DNA of 64,000 bases from Collinsella sp. (GTDB lineage: Bacteria; Actinomycetota; Coriobacteriia; Coriobacteriales; Coriobacteriaceae), in NCBI GenBank assembly GCA_048236535.1, contig DBFAQQ010000037.1, positions 20,776-84,775 of the forward strand, read 5' to 3'. Below the pieces are notes generated by a model. That model did not search any database and was not told the origin of the DNA. It saw only the letters and a program-made list of their open reading frames with translations. Position 1 is the first letter of the stretch, and each line of letters begins with the position of its first letter. The position numbers were made by a program, and so were the translations under genes. Positions 40,767 through 51,670 of this stretch are shown here, one piece after another.

Positions 40767-43481
40767 CTACTCGGTACGGGCAACCTGGTCGATGCGGTAA
40801 CCCTCGATCTGGTCGCCGGGCTTGATGTCCTGGAAGTTCTCCAGGCCAATGCCGCCCTCGGAACCACTCTTGAGGCTCTTGGCCTCGTCCTTGTAGTGGC
40901 GCATCGAGGCGATCTTGCCGTTGAAGACCACGATACCGTCGCGCACCAGACGCACGGAATCGGTCGCGGCGATCTCGCCCTCTTCGACGCGGACACCGGC
41001 GGCGATACCGACTTTGGGCACCTTAAAGGTGTCCAGGACGGTCGCGGTACCCGTGGCGACCTCGACCTCGGTGGGCTTGAGCATGCCGATACGGGCGGCG
41101 TCGAGCTCCTCGAGGCACTTGTAGATGACGTCGTAGCAACGGATCTCGACGCCCTCGCGCTCGGCGGCGGAGCGGGCCTTACCGTCGGGACGGACGCCAA
41201 AGCCGATGATGATGGCGTTGGAGGCGTCGGCCAGGACGACGTCGGTCTCGTTGATGGCACCGACAGCGGAGTGGATCGTGTTGATGCGGACCTCGGACTG
41301 ATCCATCTTGTCAAGCGAGTCCTGAAGAGCCTCGATGGAACCCTGGACGTCGGCCTTGATGATCAGGTTGAGCTCCTTGACCTCGGCGTCGGCAATGGTC
41401 TCGAAGAGGTTCTCGAGCGTGACGTGCTTGACGCGGCTCTGCTCCTCGATACGGGCCTTGAGCGAACGCTCGTCGGCAAGGGCGCGAGCCTCGCGCTCGT
41501 CCTCGAACACGCGGAACTCGTCGCCGGCGTTGGGCACGGACTGCAGGCCCAGGATCTCGACGGCGTCGGAGGGACCAGCCTCGGTGACGGCGCGACCCTT
41601 GGGGTCGAGCATGGCACGGACGCGGCCATAGGTAAGGCCGGCGACCAGCGTATCGCCCACGTGCAAGGTACCGCGGGTCACGAGCACGGTAGCGACCGAG
41701 CCGCGGCCCTTGTCGAGCTTGGCCTCAAGGACGTTGCCGGAGGCAAAGGTGTCCGGGTTGGCCTTGAGCTCGAGCACGTCGGCCTGGAGCAGCACAGTCT
41801 CCAGAAGGTCGTCGATACCGATCTTCTGCTTGGCCGAGATGTTGACGAACATGTTCTGTCCGCCCCACTCCTCGGGGATGACGCCATACTCGGTGAGCTC
41901 CTGACGCACACGGTCGGGGTTGGCGCCCGGCTTATCGATCTTGTTGACGGCGACGACGATGGGTACGCCGGCGGCCTTGGCGTGGTTGATCGACTCGACG
42001 GTCTGGGGCATGACGCCGTCGTCGGCAGCCACGATCAGAATGACGATGTCGGTCACCTTGGCGCCACGGGCACGCATAGCCGTAAAGGTGGCGTGACCCG
42101 GGGTATCGATGAAGGTGATCTTGCGGTCGTTGATCATGACCTGCGAAGCACCGATGGCCTGCGTAATGCCGCCCGCCTCGCCGGCAGCAACGCCGGTGTG
42201 ACGGATGGCGTCGAGCAGCGACGTCTTGCCGTGGTCGACGTGACCCATGACGGTGACGACCGGGGCGCGCGGCTTAAGGTCGGCGGGATCGTCGTAGAAC
42301 GAGAAGGTGTTCTCCTCCTCGGGGGTGATGATCTTGATCTGACGGCCCAGGTCGTCGGCAACGAGCTCGACGAGGTCGTCGGACATGGACTGCGTCATGG
42401 TGAGCGGCGTACCCAGCAGGAACAGGCGCTTGATGATGTCGTTGGCCGGAACGTCGAGCGCCTCGGCGAGCTCCTGGACGGTAACGCCCTGGGAGACCTT
42501 GATGGCGTCGAGGTCCTCGGGGTTCACACCCTGGGCCAGCGCCTCCTCTATCTTGCGCTCCTCCTGCGCCTTGGCAGCCTCGCGCTCGCGCTTCTCCTTG
42601 CGCTTCTTGCGGCGACCGGTGGACTCGCGAGAGGCCTCCTCGACGGCAGCACGAGCCTCCTCGAGCACCTTCTCGCGGCTGTACTCCTCGGCCTCGCGAG
42701 CCATGCGGCTGTAGTGGTCCTCTTCGTTGTTGTGACCGCCCTTGCGCTTCTTGCCCTTGCCCTGCTTATCGGGGTTGGGGAAGTCCATGCCGGCAGCGAC
42801 GTTGTTGCTAGCGTTGGTGCGATGGCTGTGCGGACGGCTCTCGGAGGCGTTGCGCTCGGAGTTGTTGTCGGAAGCGTTGCGATCGTTACGACGGCCACCG
42901 CGGCGGTCGTTGTTGCCGCCACGACGGTTACCGCGCTCTGCGGCGCGCTCGGCCTTGGCCTTGTCCTCGGCGTCCTTCTTCTCCTTGAGCACGGTCTCCT
43001 GTGCGGCGATCTGGTCGAGCAGCGAACGGAAGCGCGAACCGGAGTCGGAAGCGGGAACGGCGCGGCGCTGGGCCTCGCGGGCAGCCTCCTCCTTCTCGCG
43101 GGCAAGGCGCTCCTGCTCGGCCTTCTTCTTGGCCTCTGCCTCGGCGCGGGCAGCCTCCTCGGCAGCCTGGGCTGCGGCAAACTGGCGGCGCTCCTCCTCG
43201 CGGGCCTTCTCGGCGGCGATGCGCTCGCGCTCGGCCTCGGCGGCGCGAGCGGCCTCCTCGGCGGCAGCTGCCTGCTCCTCGGCCTTCTTGGCGGCCTCGA
43301 CTTCCTGGGCGCGGGCCTCGATCACCGAGGCGAGCTGCTTGCGGACCATGGCGACATAGGCGTCCTCCAAGGTGGAGGAAGCGGACTTAGCGGGAATCTT
43401 CATATCGGCGAGATGACCCATCAGTTCCTTGGAGGTCATGCCGAACTCTTTGGCCAGGGTGGACACACGGACTTTTGCCAT
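40767..43481 (-). CDS. infB: Translation initiation factor IF-2
   Basis: [17 protein letters not shown]. Confidence 0.97.
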   Translation of the reverse strand: MAKVRVSTLAKEFGMTSKELMGHLADMKIPAKSASSTLEDAYVAMVRKQLASVIEARAQEVEAAKKAEEQAAAAEEAARAAEAERERIAAEKAREEERRQFAAAQAAEEAARAEAEAKKKAEQERLAREKEEAAREAQRRAVPASDSGSRFRSLLDQIAAQETVLKEKKDAEDKAKAERAAERGNRRGGNNDRRGGRRNDRNASDNNSERNASESRPHSHRTNASNNVAAGMDFPNPDKQGKGKKRKGGHNNEEDHYSRMAREAEEYSREKVLEEARAAVEEASRESTGRRKKRKEKREREAAKAQEERKIEEALAQGVNPEDLDAIKVSQGVTVQELAEALDVPANDIIKRLFLLGTPLTMTQSMSDDLVELVADDLGRQIKIITPEEENTFSFYDDPADLKPRAPVVTVMGHVDHGKTSLLDAIRHTGVAAGEAGGITQAIGASQVMINDRKITFIDTPGHATFTAMRARGAKVTDIVILIVAADDGVMPQTVESINHAKAAGVPIVVAVNKIDKPGANPDRVRQELTEYGVIPEEWGGQNMFVNISAKQKIGIDDLLETVLLQADVLELKANPDTFASGNVLEAKLDKGRGSVATVLVTRGTLHVGDTLVAGLTYGRVRAMLDPKGRAVTEAGPSDAVEILGLQSVPNAGDEFRVFEDEREARALADERSLKARIEEQSRVKHVTLENLFETIADAEVKELNLIIKADVQGSIEALQDSLDKMDQSEVRINTIHSAVGAINETDVVLADASNAIIIGFGVRPDGKARSAAEREGVEIRCYDVIYKCLEELDAARIGMLKPTEVEVATGTATVLDTFKVPKVGIAAGVRVEEGEIAATDSVRLVRDGIVVFNGKIASMRHYKDEAKSLKSGSEGGIGLENFQDIKPGDQIEGYRIDQVARTE

Positions 43482-43572
43482 ATGACTTCACCTACCCTTT
43501 CTGGCACCTTGGGTGCCTAGAGACTGAACGAGCGTGAGAGACGCGCCAGGACCCGCCCGGCGCGACCGCGCG

Positions 43573-44820
43573 CTAGATCAGGTCCTCCGCATCATCGAAG
43601 GCGTCGGTGTCGTGGACACCGCAGAAACGGGAGCCGGGACGAGCCTGGTTGCGGCACTGGATGCCGTCCTCGGACACGTACTCGCAGCGGCGGACGTCCT
43701 CGTCCTCCTCGTCACCGATCAGGTCGGCGGCGGGCTCCTCGTGAACGGGAACGTTCTTGAGGATGTCGGCGGCAAGCGTCTCGGACTTGATGTCGATGTG
43801 CCAGCCGGTCAGGCGCGCGGCGAGACGGGCGTTCTGGCCCTCCTTGCCGATGGCGAGGGACAGCTGGTCGTCGGGCACGATGACGCCGGCGTAGGCCTTC
43901 TCCTCGTCGATGAGGACACGGGTGACCTTAGCGGGCGACAGGGCGTTGGCGACGTAGACGGCAGGATCGGCATCCCAAAGGATGACGTCGACGCGCTCGC
44001 CACGGAGCTCGCCCACGACAGCGCGAACACGGCTGCCCTTGGGGCCGACGCAGGCGCCCACGGGATCCAGACGGTCATCGAGCGAGTGGACGGCGACCTT
44101 GGAGCGCTGGCCGGGCTCGCGGGCGATCGACTTGATCTGGACGGTGCCCTCATAGATCTCGGGCACCTCCTGCTCAAACAGACGACGCATGAGCTCGGGG
44201 TGGGTGCGGGAGATGACAATCGGCGGACGGCTGTGCTCGCCACGAACCGGCTGCAGGTTGGAGTTGGGGTCGCGAACGTCGATGATCACGGCCTTGATGT
44301 GCTGGTTGTGCAGGTAGCGCTCGCCCATCGGACGCTCGTTGCGCTCGTTCTCGTAACGGCGCTGGTCGAAGTGCGGAAGCTCGGCCTCGACGCCCTCGCG
44401 AATCTTGACGATCGTGAAGTCGGGAGTGGACTGCAGCACGGTACCGCTGATGAGGTCACCGATGCGGCCGGAGAACTCCTCGTAGATCTGCTCGCGGGCG
44501 GAATTACGCACGATGGCGTTGATCTCGGCCTTGGCGTGCTGGGCAGCGATGCGGCTCGTGTTCTTGGGGGTAACGTCGATCTCCTCGAACTCGGTGAAGT
44601 TGCCCTCCTCGTCCATGGAATCGTCGATCGGCTCCAGGCGGTAGACGTAGATCTTGCCGGTGGTGCGGTCAATGGTCACCTTGGCGCCCCACTCAAGATG
44701 CAGGATCTCGGCATAGCTCTTGGCGAGCGACTGCTCCAGGCGGTCGATCAGGTAGAGCTGGTCGATGTGCTTCTCCTGGCAAAGCTCCATCAGGGCGGAC
44801 ATCATGTCGGATGCTGCCAT
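43573..44820 (-). CDS. nusA: Transcription factor NusA with an extra C-terminal CCCH motif
   Basis: S1, [24 protein letters not shown]. Confidence 0.96.
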   Translation of the reverse strand: MAASDMMSALMELCQEKHIDQLYLIDRLEQSLAKSYAEILHLEWGAKVTIDRTTGKIYVYRLEPIDDSMDEEGNFTEFEEIDVTPKNTSRIAAQHAKAEINAIVRNSAREQIYEEFSGRIGDLISGTVLQSTPDFTIVKIREGVEAELPHFDQRRYENERNERPMGERYLHNQHIKAVIIDVRDPNSNLQPVRGEHSRPPIVISRTHPELMRRLFEQEVPEIYEGTVQIKSIAREPGQRSKVAVHSLDDRLDPVGACVGPKGSRVRAVVGELRGERVDVILWDADPAVYVANALSPAKVTRVLIDEEKAYAGVIVPDDQLSLAIGKEGQNARLAARLTGWHIDIKSETLAADILKNVPVHEEPAADLIGDEEDEDVRRCEYVSEDGIQCRNQARPGSRFCGVHDTDAFDDAEDLI

Positions 44821-44821
44821 C

Positions 44822-45316
44822 TTACTTTCCTTCCTTCGCGGGCTTGAAGTCGTAGGTGGGCTTCAACTTGCACTTTTTAACATCAGAGAAATCGAGGGTG
44901 ACGGACTCGCCGTCCTCGAGCTCGAGGGTCACGTTCGTCTCGGTGGCGGAGGCAATCTTGCCGGCGTACTTGCGACGGCCCTCGGTGGCGGTGGAGGTGA
45001 GCTCGCAGTTCTCGCCCACAAAGCGGGCAAAGTCGCACGGGCGGCGCAGCGGGCGCGCCATACCCGGGCTCGACACCTCGAGCGTATAGCTCGAAGAGAT
45101 GGGGTCGAGCTCCTCAATCACATCGCCGACCCACTTGGTGTTGGCCGTGACGTCGTTGAGCGACAGGCTCTGACCCTCGGCACCCTCGATACGCACGCGC
45201 ACGCAGGGGGCCTTGGTGGCACCCACGAGCTCGACGTCGACGATATCGACATCGTGCTGGGGAGCGACGGCCTCGAGCGCGTCGATGATCGCCTGCTCGG
45301 TCTTGGTCTTGACCAT
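44822..45316 (-). CDS. rimP: Ribosome maturation factor RimP
   Basis: YTLEVSSPG..RPL. Confidence 0.93.
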   Translation of the reverse strand: MVKTKTEQAIIDALEAVAPQHDVDIVDVELVGATKAPCVRVRIEGAEGQSLSLNDVTANTKWVGDVIEELDPISSSYTLEVSSPGMARPLRRPCDFARFVGENCELTSTATEGRRKYAGKIASATETNVTLELEDGESVTLDFSDVKKCKLKPTYDFKPAKEGK

Positions 45317-45574
45317 TGCGGCACCTCCATCCATACAAAAAAGAAGCGGGGCCGAAACCCCACTTCTTTTAATTACAACTTCATTTGCAAGCAAACTATA
45401 CCAATAGCTGCGGAAACGTGCAAGCACAGTACGAACCTGCAGGTCAGCGTGCGCACAGCTTCTCCACAAGAATAGGACAATTGACCGAAGACACCATGGC
45501 AGGTACATGCAAAACGAGGGACGACCCAACCGAATCGCCCCTCGTCTTTTATGCGTCAGCTTTGCGCGCAGTGC

Positions 45575-48151
45575 TTACTTGACCACCAGGTTGACCAGCT
45601 TGCCGGGCACGCAGATGGCCTTGACGACCGTCTTGCCCTCGAGCCACTTGGCGACGGCGGCCTCGGCGGCAGCCTGCATATCCTCATTGGAGGCATCGCG
45701 GGCAACGTCGACGCGGCCGCGGACCTTACCGAGCACCTGGACCACGATCTGCACCGTGTCCTCAACGGACTCGGCCAGGTCGAACTCGGGCCAGGCGGCG
45801 GTGTAGGCGTTGCCCTCGCAGCCGAGGGCCTCGTGCCACAGCTCGTCGGCCCAAAACGGGCAGATGGGCGCCAGGACGCTCACGATATCCTTAGCCACAC
45901 CGTAGCACAGCGCCTTGTCGCGGGCGGCACCCTCGGTGGCGTTGAGGTAGGCGCTCGCCGCGTTGACGAGCTCCATGACGGCCGAGATGGCGGTGTTGAA
46001 CTGGCCGCGGTCGAAGTCCTCGGTGCACTTGGCGATGGTGCGGTGACGCTCGCGATAGAGCTTCATAGCAACCTCATCGAGCGCGGACTTGTCGAAGGCC
46101 ACGTTGGCGTCGCCGGACTGGACGAGCTGCCAAACGATACGCCAGGCGCGCTTAATGAAGCGGTTGGCGCCCTCGACGGCCTTGGGATCCCAGTCGAAGT
46201 CCTTCTCGGGCGGGGCGATAAACAGGATCGCCAAACGCATGGTGTCGGCGCCGTAGGGCTCAATGACCGAGCTCGGGGGCACGACGTTGCCCTTGGACTT
46301 GGACATGGTGTCGCCGTTCTCGTCCTTGACCATGCCCTGGCACAGCAGGTTGGTGAAGGGCTCGTCCACGCTCAGCAGGCCCAAGTCGCGCAGGGCCTTG
46401 GTAAAGAAGCGACTGTAGAGCAGGTGCAGAATGGCGTGCTCGATGCCGCCGATGTAGTTATCGACGGGCATCCAACGGTCTGCCGCCTCGCGGGAGAAGG
46501 GCAGCTCGGTGTTGTGCGGGTCGGTATAGCGCAGGTAATACCAGCTGGAGCAGGTAAAGGTGTCCATGGTATCGGTCTCGCGCTTGGCCGGGCGGCCGCA
46601 GACCGGGCAGGTGGTCTCGTAGAAGTCCTTGCACTCGGCGAGGGTGTCTCCGGCGCCCAGGTCCAGGTTCTCGGGCAGCGTCACCGGCAGCTGATCCTCG
46701 GGCACGGGCACGATGCCGCAGTGCTCGCAGTGGATGGCCGGGATGGGGTTGCCCCAATAGCGCTGGCGGCTGATGAGCCAGTCGCGCAGGCGGAACTCGA
46801 CCTTGCGACGACCGCAGCCCATGGCCTCGAGGTCGGCCACGATCGCAGCCTCGCCCTCGGAGTGCTTGCCACCGCGCATGCCGGTGTACTTGCCGGACTG
46901 GACGAGCGTGCCCTCGGCAGCGTGGGCGCAATCCCAGTCGACGGTCTCGGCATGGAAGGTATCGATGGTCTCGCCGCTGGCCTCGACGGCAGCGCGATCG
47001 TCATCGTCCAGGATGATCGGTACGATCGGCAGGTCGTACTTGCGGGCAAACTCAAAGTCGCGCTGGTCGCCGCAGGGAACAGCCATGACGGCGCCGGTGC
47101 CGTAGTCGGCAACGACATAATCGGCAACCCACACGGGGACCTTCTCGCCGTTGACGGGGTTTACCACATAGCGGCCCGTGAAGGCACCGTGCTTCTCGAG
47201 GGTGCCCTGGGCACGCTCGACGGCAGAGATATGCTTGGAGTCCTCGACGATCTTGGTGACGGCCTCCTCGTACTCCGTGCCCTCGACGAGCTCGTGCAGG
47301 CCGGCGTACTCGGGAGCCAGAACAAAGAAGGAGACGCCAAAAAGGGTATCGGCGCGCGTGGTGAAGACGGTGATCTTACCCCCGTCGCCCTCGATGGGCT
47401 CGCCATCCTGGTCGCACAGGGTAAAGTCGACCTCGGCGCCCTCGGAGCGACCGATCCAGTTGGCCTGCATCTGCTTGACGCGCTCGGGCCAGCCGGGGAG
47501 CTTCTCCAGGTCGTCGAGCAGCTCATGAGAGTACTCGGTAATCTTGTAGTACCACTGCTCAAGGTCGCGCTTCTCGGGCTCGGTGCCGCAGCGCCAGCAC
47601 TTGCCCTCGGTAACCTGCTCGTTGGCCAGAACGGTCTTGCAGGTGGGGCACCAGTTGACCGGGTTCTTCTTACGATAGACCAGGCCCTTTTCCCACATCT
47701 TCTCAAAGATCCACTGGCCCCAGCGGTAGTAGTCGGGGCTGCAAGTCTTGACCATGCGATCCAGATCGTAGGAGAAGCCCATGCGCTTCATCGTGGCGAG
47801 CGCCTGATCCATGTTCTTATACGTCCAGGCGGCAGCCTGCGTATTGTGTTTGATGGCGGCGTTCTCGGCAGGCAGGCCAAAGGCGTCAAAGCCGATGGGG
47901 TGCAGCACGTCAAAGCCACGCATGCGGGCCTGACGGGCCATGGCATCGCCAATGGTATAGTTGCGCGCGTGGCCCATGTGCAGGTCGCCCGACGGATACG
48001 GGAACATCTCGAGCACATACTTCTTGGGCTTGCTGTCGTCGGTGTCGACGGCAAAGAGGTTGGAGTCCTCCCAGGCCTTCATCCACCGGGACTCAATGGC
48101 CTGCGCGTCGTAGGCAGGGATCTCGTCCTTATGATCTGTGCAATCGCACAT
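45575..48151 (-). CDS. leuS: Leucine--tRNA ligase
   Basis: [29 protein letters not shown]. Confidence 0.97.
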   Translation of the reverse strand: MCDCTDHKDEIPAYDAQAIESRWMKAWEDSNLFAVDTDDSKPKKYVLEMFPYPSGDLHMGHARNYTIGDAMARQARMRGFDVLHPIGFDAFGLPAENAAIKHNTQAAAWTYKNMDQALATMKRMGFSYDLDRMVKTCSPDYYRWGQWIFEKMWEKGLVYRKKNPVNWCPTCKTVLANEQVTEGKCWRCGTEPEKRDLEQWYYKITEYSHELLDDLEKLPGWPERVKQMQANWIGRSEGAEVDFTLCDQDGEPIEGDGGKITVFTTRADTLFGVSFFVLAPEYAGLHELVEGTEYEEAVTKIVEDSKHISAVERAQGTLEKHGAFTGRYVVNPVNGEKVPVWVADYVVADYGTGAVMAVPCGDQRDFEFARKYDLPIVPIILDDDDRAAVEASGETIDTFHAETVDWDCAHAAEGTLVQSGKYTGMRGGKHSEGEAAIVADLEAMGCGRRKVEFRLRDWLISRQRYWGNPIPAIHCEHCGIVPVPEDQLPVTLPENLDLGAGDTLAECKDFYETTCPVCGRPAKRETDTMDTFTCSSWYYLRYTDPHNTELPFSREAADRWMPVDNYIGGIEHAILHLLYSRFFTKALRDLGLLSVDEPFTNLLCQGMVKDENGDTMSKSKGNVVPPSSVIEPYGADTMRLAILFIAPPEKDFDWDPKAVEGANRFIKRAWRIVWQLVQSGDANVAFDKSALDEVAMKLYRERHRTIAKCTEDFDRGQFNTAISAVMELVNAASAYLNATEGAARDKALCYGVAKDIVSVLAPICPFWADELWHEALGCEGNAYTAAWPEFDLAESVEDTVQIVVQVLGKVRGRVDVARDASNEDMQAAAEAAVAKWLEGKTVVKAICVPGKLVNLVVK

Positions 48152-48182
48152 ATCAGCTCCTTTAATCTTAGCTGGGGCCGGT

Positions 48183-48284
48183 CGGCTAGGCTTTGCTCAC
48201 TGCTGCGGACAGTCCTGCTCGCACGAAGGCCACATTAAGTGGCCTTCGGCTCGTGCGGAACTTGCAGCGAGCAAAGCCTAGCCG
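48183..48284 (-). other. ~100-nt long hairpin in the leuS 5' leader
   Basis: 21-bp outer stem CGGCTAGGCTTTGCTC(A/G)CTGC plus inner GAAGGCCAC-ttaat-GTGGCCTTC. Confidence 0.7.
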
Positions 48285-48326
48285 CCCGACCCTAGGGTTA
48301 ACTTGGATGATTCTAGCAAATACAAC

Positions 48327-48361
48327 AAGCGAGATGCCTGCGACTTGCGGGCATCTCGCTT
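48327..48361. terminator. Hairpin downstream of guaB (probable terminator)
   Basis: AAGCGAGATGCCTGC...GCGGGCATCTCGCTT. Confidence 0.6.
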
Positions 48362-48417
48362 TATCTAAATAACGTGGTTTTGAATCAACCACTAATTGTC
48401 ACCCGCCCAAGCATGGT

Positions 48418-48519
48418 CGGGTTTTCCAAGTGCCGCAGATTGCCATGAAAGAGGAGCGACGCGTACTTTGGTACGCGAGCGACGGTTTGAACGGCAAGGT
48501 GCGGTGCTTGGGAAAGCCG
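48418..48519 (+). repeat. ~100-nt structured hairpin element, copy 2
   Basis: Same core as 5799-5896; different but complementary outer arms. Confidence 0.8.
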
Positions 48520-48520
48520 C

Positions 48521-50032
48521 TTAGCGGTAGCTGACGCTTTGCTGGGAGTCCTTGACGACAACGTCGTGGGCGCCGCCTTCGACGATGGAGGTGGAGCTTA
48601 CCAGGGTCAGGCGTGCCTTTTCCTGGAGCTCGGGGATCGAGAGGGCACCGCAGTTGCACATCGTGGACTTGACCTTGTAGAGCGTGCCGCCCACGCCGTC
48701 CTTGAGGGAGCCGGCGTAGGGAACGTAGGAGTCGACGCCCTCGACGAAGCTAAGCTTCGCGGCGCCGCCCAGGTCATAGCGCTGCCAGTTGCGAGCACGC
48801 GCAGAACCCTCGCCCCAGTACTCCTTCATGTACTGACCGTTCACGTTGACGCGCTCGGTCGGGCTCTCGTCAAAGCGGGCAAAGTAACGACCCAGCATCA
48901 TAAAGTCTGCACCCATGGCAAGGGCGAGCGTCATGTGGTAGTCGTAGACGATGCCACCGTCGGAGCACACAGGCACGTAGACGCCGGTCTCCTCGTAGTA
49001 CTCGTCGCGAGCACGGCAGACGTCGATCAGCGCGGTGGCCTGGCCACGGCCGATGCCCTTGGTCTCGCGGGTGATGCAGATAGAACCGCCGCCGATACCG
49101 ACCTTGATGAAGTCGGCGCCGCAGTCTGCCAGGAAGCGGAAGCCCTCGGCGTCGACGACGTTACCGGCACCGACCTTGACGTCCTCGCCGTAGTTGGCGC
49201 GGATCCACTCGATGGTGCGCTTCTGCCATTCGCTGAAGCCCTCGGAAGAGTCGATACACAGGACATCGGCGCCAGCCTCGATGAGCAGCGGCACGCGCTC
49301 GGCATAGTCGCGGGTATTGATACCGGCGCCGACCATATAGCGCTTGTCGTTATCGAGCAGCTCGTTTGGGTTGGTCTTGTGGCTGTCGTAGTCCTTGCGG
49401 AAGACGATGCCCATGAGGTGATCGTTGTCGTCAACGATGGGCAGAGCGTTGAGCTTGTTGTCCCAGATGACGTCGTTGGCAACCTTGAGGCTGATGTTCT
49501 TGTCGCCCACGATAAGCTGCTCACGCGGGGTCATGAACTCGGAGACCTTCTTCTGGTGATCATCGCGGCTGGGGCGATAGTCACGGCTGGTGACGATGCC
49601 CAGGAGCTTGCCCTTGGGGGTGCCATCGTCGGTGACCGGCATGGTGGAGTGACCGGTCTTCTCCTTGAGCTCGATGACCTGTTCCATGGTCATGTCGGGG
49701 GTCAGCGTGGAATCGGACTGAACGAAGCCGGCCTTGTGATCCTTGACGGCCTTGACCATAGCGGCCTCGGACTCGGCGCTCTGGGAACCGTAAATGAAGG
49801 ACAGGCCACCCTCGGTAGCGAGCGCGACACCCATGTCGACGCCCGAGACGGACTGCATGATGGCGGAAACCATGGGGATGTTCAGGGTGATTGCCGGCTT
49901 CTCACCGCGCTTAAAGCGGGTTAGCGGCGTCTTAAGAGAGACGTTGTTGGGGATGCACTGCGAGGACGAGTAACCAGGGACCAGCAGATACTCCGAAAAC
50001 GTGTGGGACTCACCGGGAAAGAACGTAGCCAT
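48521..50032 (-). CDS. guaB: IMP dehydrogenase
   Basis: CBS pair, [10 protein letters not shown] catalytic loop, YWGEGS. Confidence 0.95.
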   Translation of the reverse strand: MATFFPGESHTFSEYLLVPGYSSSQCIPNNVSLKTPLTRFKRGEKPAITLNIPMVSAIMQSVSGVDMGVALATEGGLSFIYGSQSAESEAAMVKAVKDHKAGFVQSDSTLTPDMTMEQVIELKEKTGHSTMPVTDDGTPKGKLLGIVTSRDYRPSRDDHQKKVSEFMTPREQLIVGDKNISLKVANDVIWDNKLNALPIVDDNDHLMGIVFRKDYDSHKTNPNELLDNDKRYMVGAGINTRDYAERVPLLIEAGADVLCIDSSEGFSEWQKRTIEWIRANYGEDVKVGAGNVVDAEGFRFLADCGADFIKVGIGGGSICITRETKGIGRGQATALIDVCRARDEYYEETGVYVPVCSDGGIVYDYHMTLALAMGADFMMLGRYFARFDESPTERVNVNGQYMKEYWGEGSARARNWQRYDLGGAAKLSFVEGVDSYVPYAGSLKDGVGGTLYKVKSTMCNCGALSIPELQEKARLTLVSSTSIVEGGAHDVVVKDSQQSVSYR

Positions 50033-50216
50033 GTTTCTCCTTTTTCCATGCGACCGGTCGGCTGCAGGCCTCGTAGGACCCAGCCCAACCTTGGGCGCCC
50101 AATACTGGGGAAGTATCTTAACGCACTTTGACTGCTACAATGCATGATTTAAGAAGAGCACACGAGGGTTTGACGCAGGCTTTGCGTTTGCCCAGCAAAC
50201 ACTTTAGCGGGGAGAC

Positions 50217-50573
50217 GTGGAGCAGATGGAGTACAAGACGACGGCAAAGTTGGTCATTCAAGCGTGCGACAAGGATTTGCCGGGCGTCTTCGGCCACGGC
50301 TGCGTCTTGCTGCTGCAGGGTATTGCCCGCGAGCACTCGCTCAACCGTGCCGCCAAGAGCATGGGTATGGCGTATTCCAAGGCCTGGCGCATCGTAAACG
50401 AGGCCGAAGGTCAGCTGGGCTGCAAGCTCATCGAGCGAGACGGCGCCCGCGGATCCACCCTCACCCCCGCCGGCGAGCGAGCCATCAAGGCCTATGAAAC
50501 CCTGCAAGCCGAAATTAACAACGTCATCGCCGCCAGGGCAAACGACTTGATCGCCAGCATCAATGCAGAGTAG
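50217..50573 (+). CDS. ModE-type N-terminal winged-helix protein (no Mop domain)
   Basis: FGHGCVLLLQGI...SLNRAAKSMGMAYSKAW...GSTLT. Confidence 0.82.
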   Translation: MEQMEYKTTAKLVIQACDKDLPGVFGHGCVLLLQGIAREHSLNRAAKSMGMAYSKAWRIVNEAEGQLGCKLIERDGARGSTLTPAGERAIKAYETLQAEINNVIAARANDLIASINAE

Positions 50574-50581
50574 CTAATTAG

Positions 50582-51574
50582 CTACTTTCGGAGGGCGTTG
50601 TCTAGGGTGGCGGCTACCTGCAGGGGGTCGTCGGTGCCGGCGAAGAGGCGGATGGTGGTTGCCTGCTTGCCACGCGGGGCCGAGAGGCGCGTTGTTGGGC
50701 CGCCGGCGGGTGATGTGCGGAACTCCCCCGGCAGCATGCTGAACAATTCGACCGCGGTGCGGCCGATCAGGTCGAACTCCACTGTCGGACCAAAGCCGTG
50801 CTCGAGGATGCCCGTCGCGACAGTGTGATCGGGATGCGAGGTCAGCCCGGGATAGCGCACGTTGTGTACCATCTCATTGGCGGCCAGATACTCCGCCAGC
50901 GCACGGGCGCGATCGAAGTGAGTCTGCATGCGGGCATCGAGCGTGTCGAGCCCGCGCTCTAGCACCTCGGCCTCATCGGCGGACAGATCGAGTGCGGCCA
51001 TTCCGCACCCCTCGAGCAGCGTATGCGCGCACTCGGCCGCAGCATCCACGCGATGGCGTTTGAGCTGCGAGCGCGCGACCGATACGGCAACCAACTTGCG
51101 CGGAGCCTTGCCGGCGCACACGCGGTCGAGCGCCTCGAGCGACAGCACGGCACCCAGCCGCAGCGGATCGCAGCCAAAATCCGACGCCACGGTGTTGTCC
51201 ACAACAAGCAGCGCGCGGGCCTCACGAGCCGCCCGACCCAGCGCACGCAGATCGGGCACACGCAGTCCAAACCCGCCGATTGAGTTGACAAGCCACCACA
51301 GGTGCGGCCCCTCGGCATCAAACGTAGCATCAAAGCCCTCGGACGCGGCAGCAAACGCCGCAACCGACGGCTCTCCCACCATAGCCACGTCGCAGGCATC
51401 AAAGCCATGCGCAAACGCATCGGCAAAGTCATCGGCAAACGCAACCAGCCGATCGCCGGGACGCACAATCCCCAACAGAGACAGCGCCGCCGGCACATGC
51501 AGGGCCGCAACAAGACGCGCCCCACGCGCGCCAGTCCTTGCAGCCCAGGCCTCTTCTAGCTGCTGTACGCCCAT
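50582..51574 (-). CDS. Cys/Met-metabolism PLP-dependent family protein, divergent
   Basis: VPDL, VVDNTVA, PL.LGA, RGLDTLDARM, VRYPGL.SHP; PLP lysine apparently absent. Confidence 0.7.
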   Translation of the reverse strand: MGVQQLEEAWAARTGARGARLVAALHVPAALSLLGIVRPGDRLVAFADDFADAFAHGFDACDVAMVGEPSVAAFAAASEGFDATFDAEGPHLWWLVNSIGGFGLRVPDLRALGRAAREARALLVVDNTVASDFGCDPLRLGAVLSLEALDRVCAGKAPRKLVAVSVARSQLKRHRVDAAAECAHTLLEGCGMAALDLSADEAEVLERGLDTLDARMQTHFDRARALAEYLAANEMVHNVRYPGLTSHPDHTVATGILEHGFGPTVEFDLIGRTAVELFSMLPGEFRTSPAGGPTTRLSAPRGKQATTIRLFAGTDDPLQVAATLDNALRK

Positions 51575-51670
51575 ACGGCAACCTCCCTTCATTAACAAAA
51601 ACCCACGATGCGGGTGTTCCCCGCATCGTGGGCAACGGCTGCAGTATAGCGCCGATATGCGACGAATCAC

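Noticed and set aside
40760..41314. 184-aa same-strand alternative frame in the infB 3' end
   Set aside because: Ser/Pro/Arg-rich frame typical of GC-rich off-frame translation
50033..50150. Possible purine riboswitch upstream of guaB
   Set aside because: No purine riboswitch core motifs (UAUAA...UUUCUACC...GACUA) found on the minus strand
50217..50573. ModE-like gene as part of a molybdate regulon
   Set aside because: No Mop domain and no mod genes nearby; only the HTH can be supported
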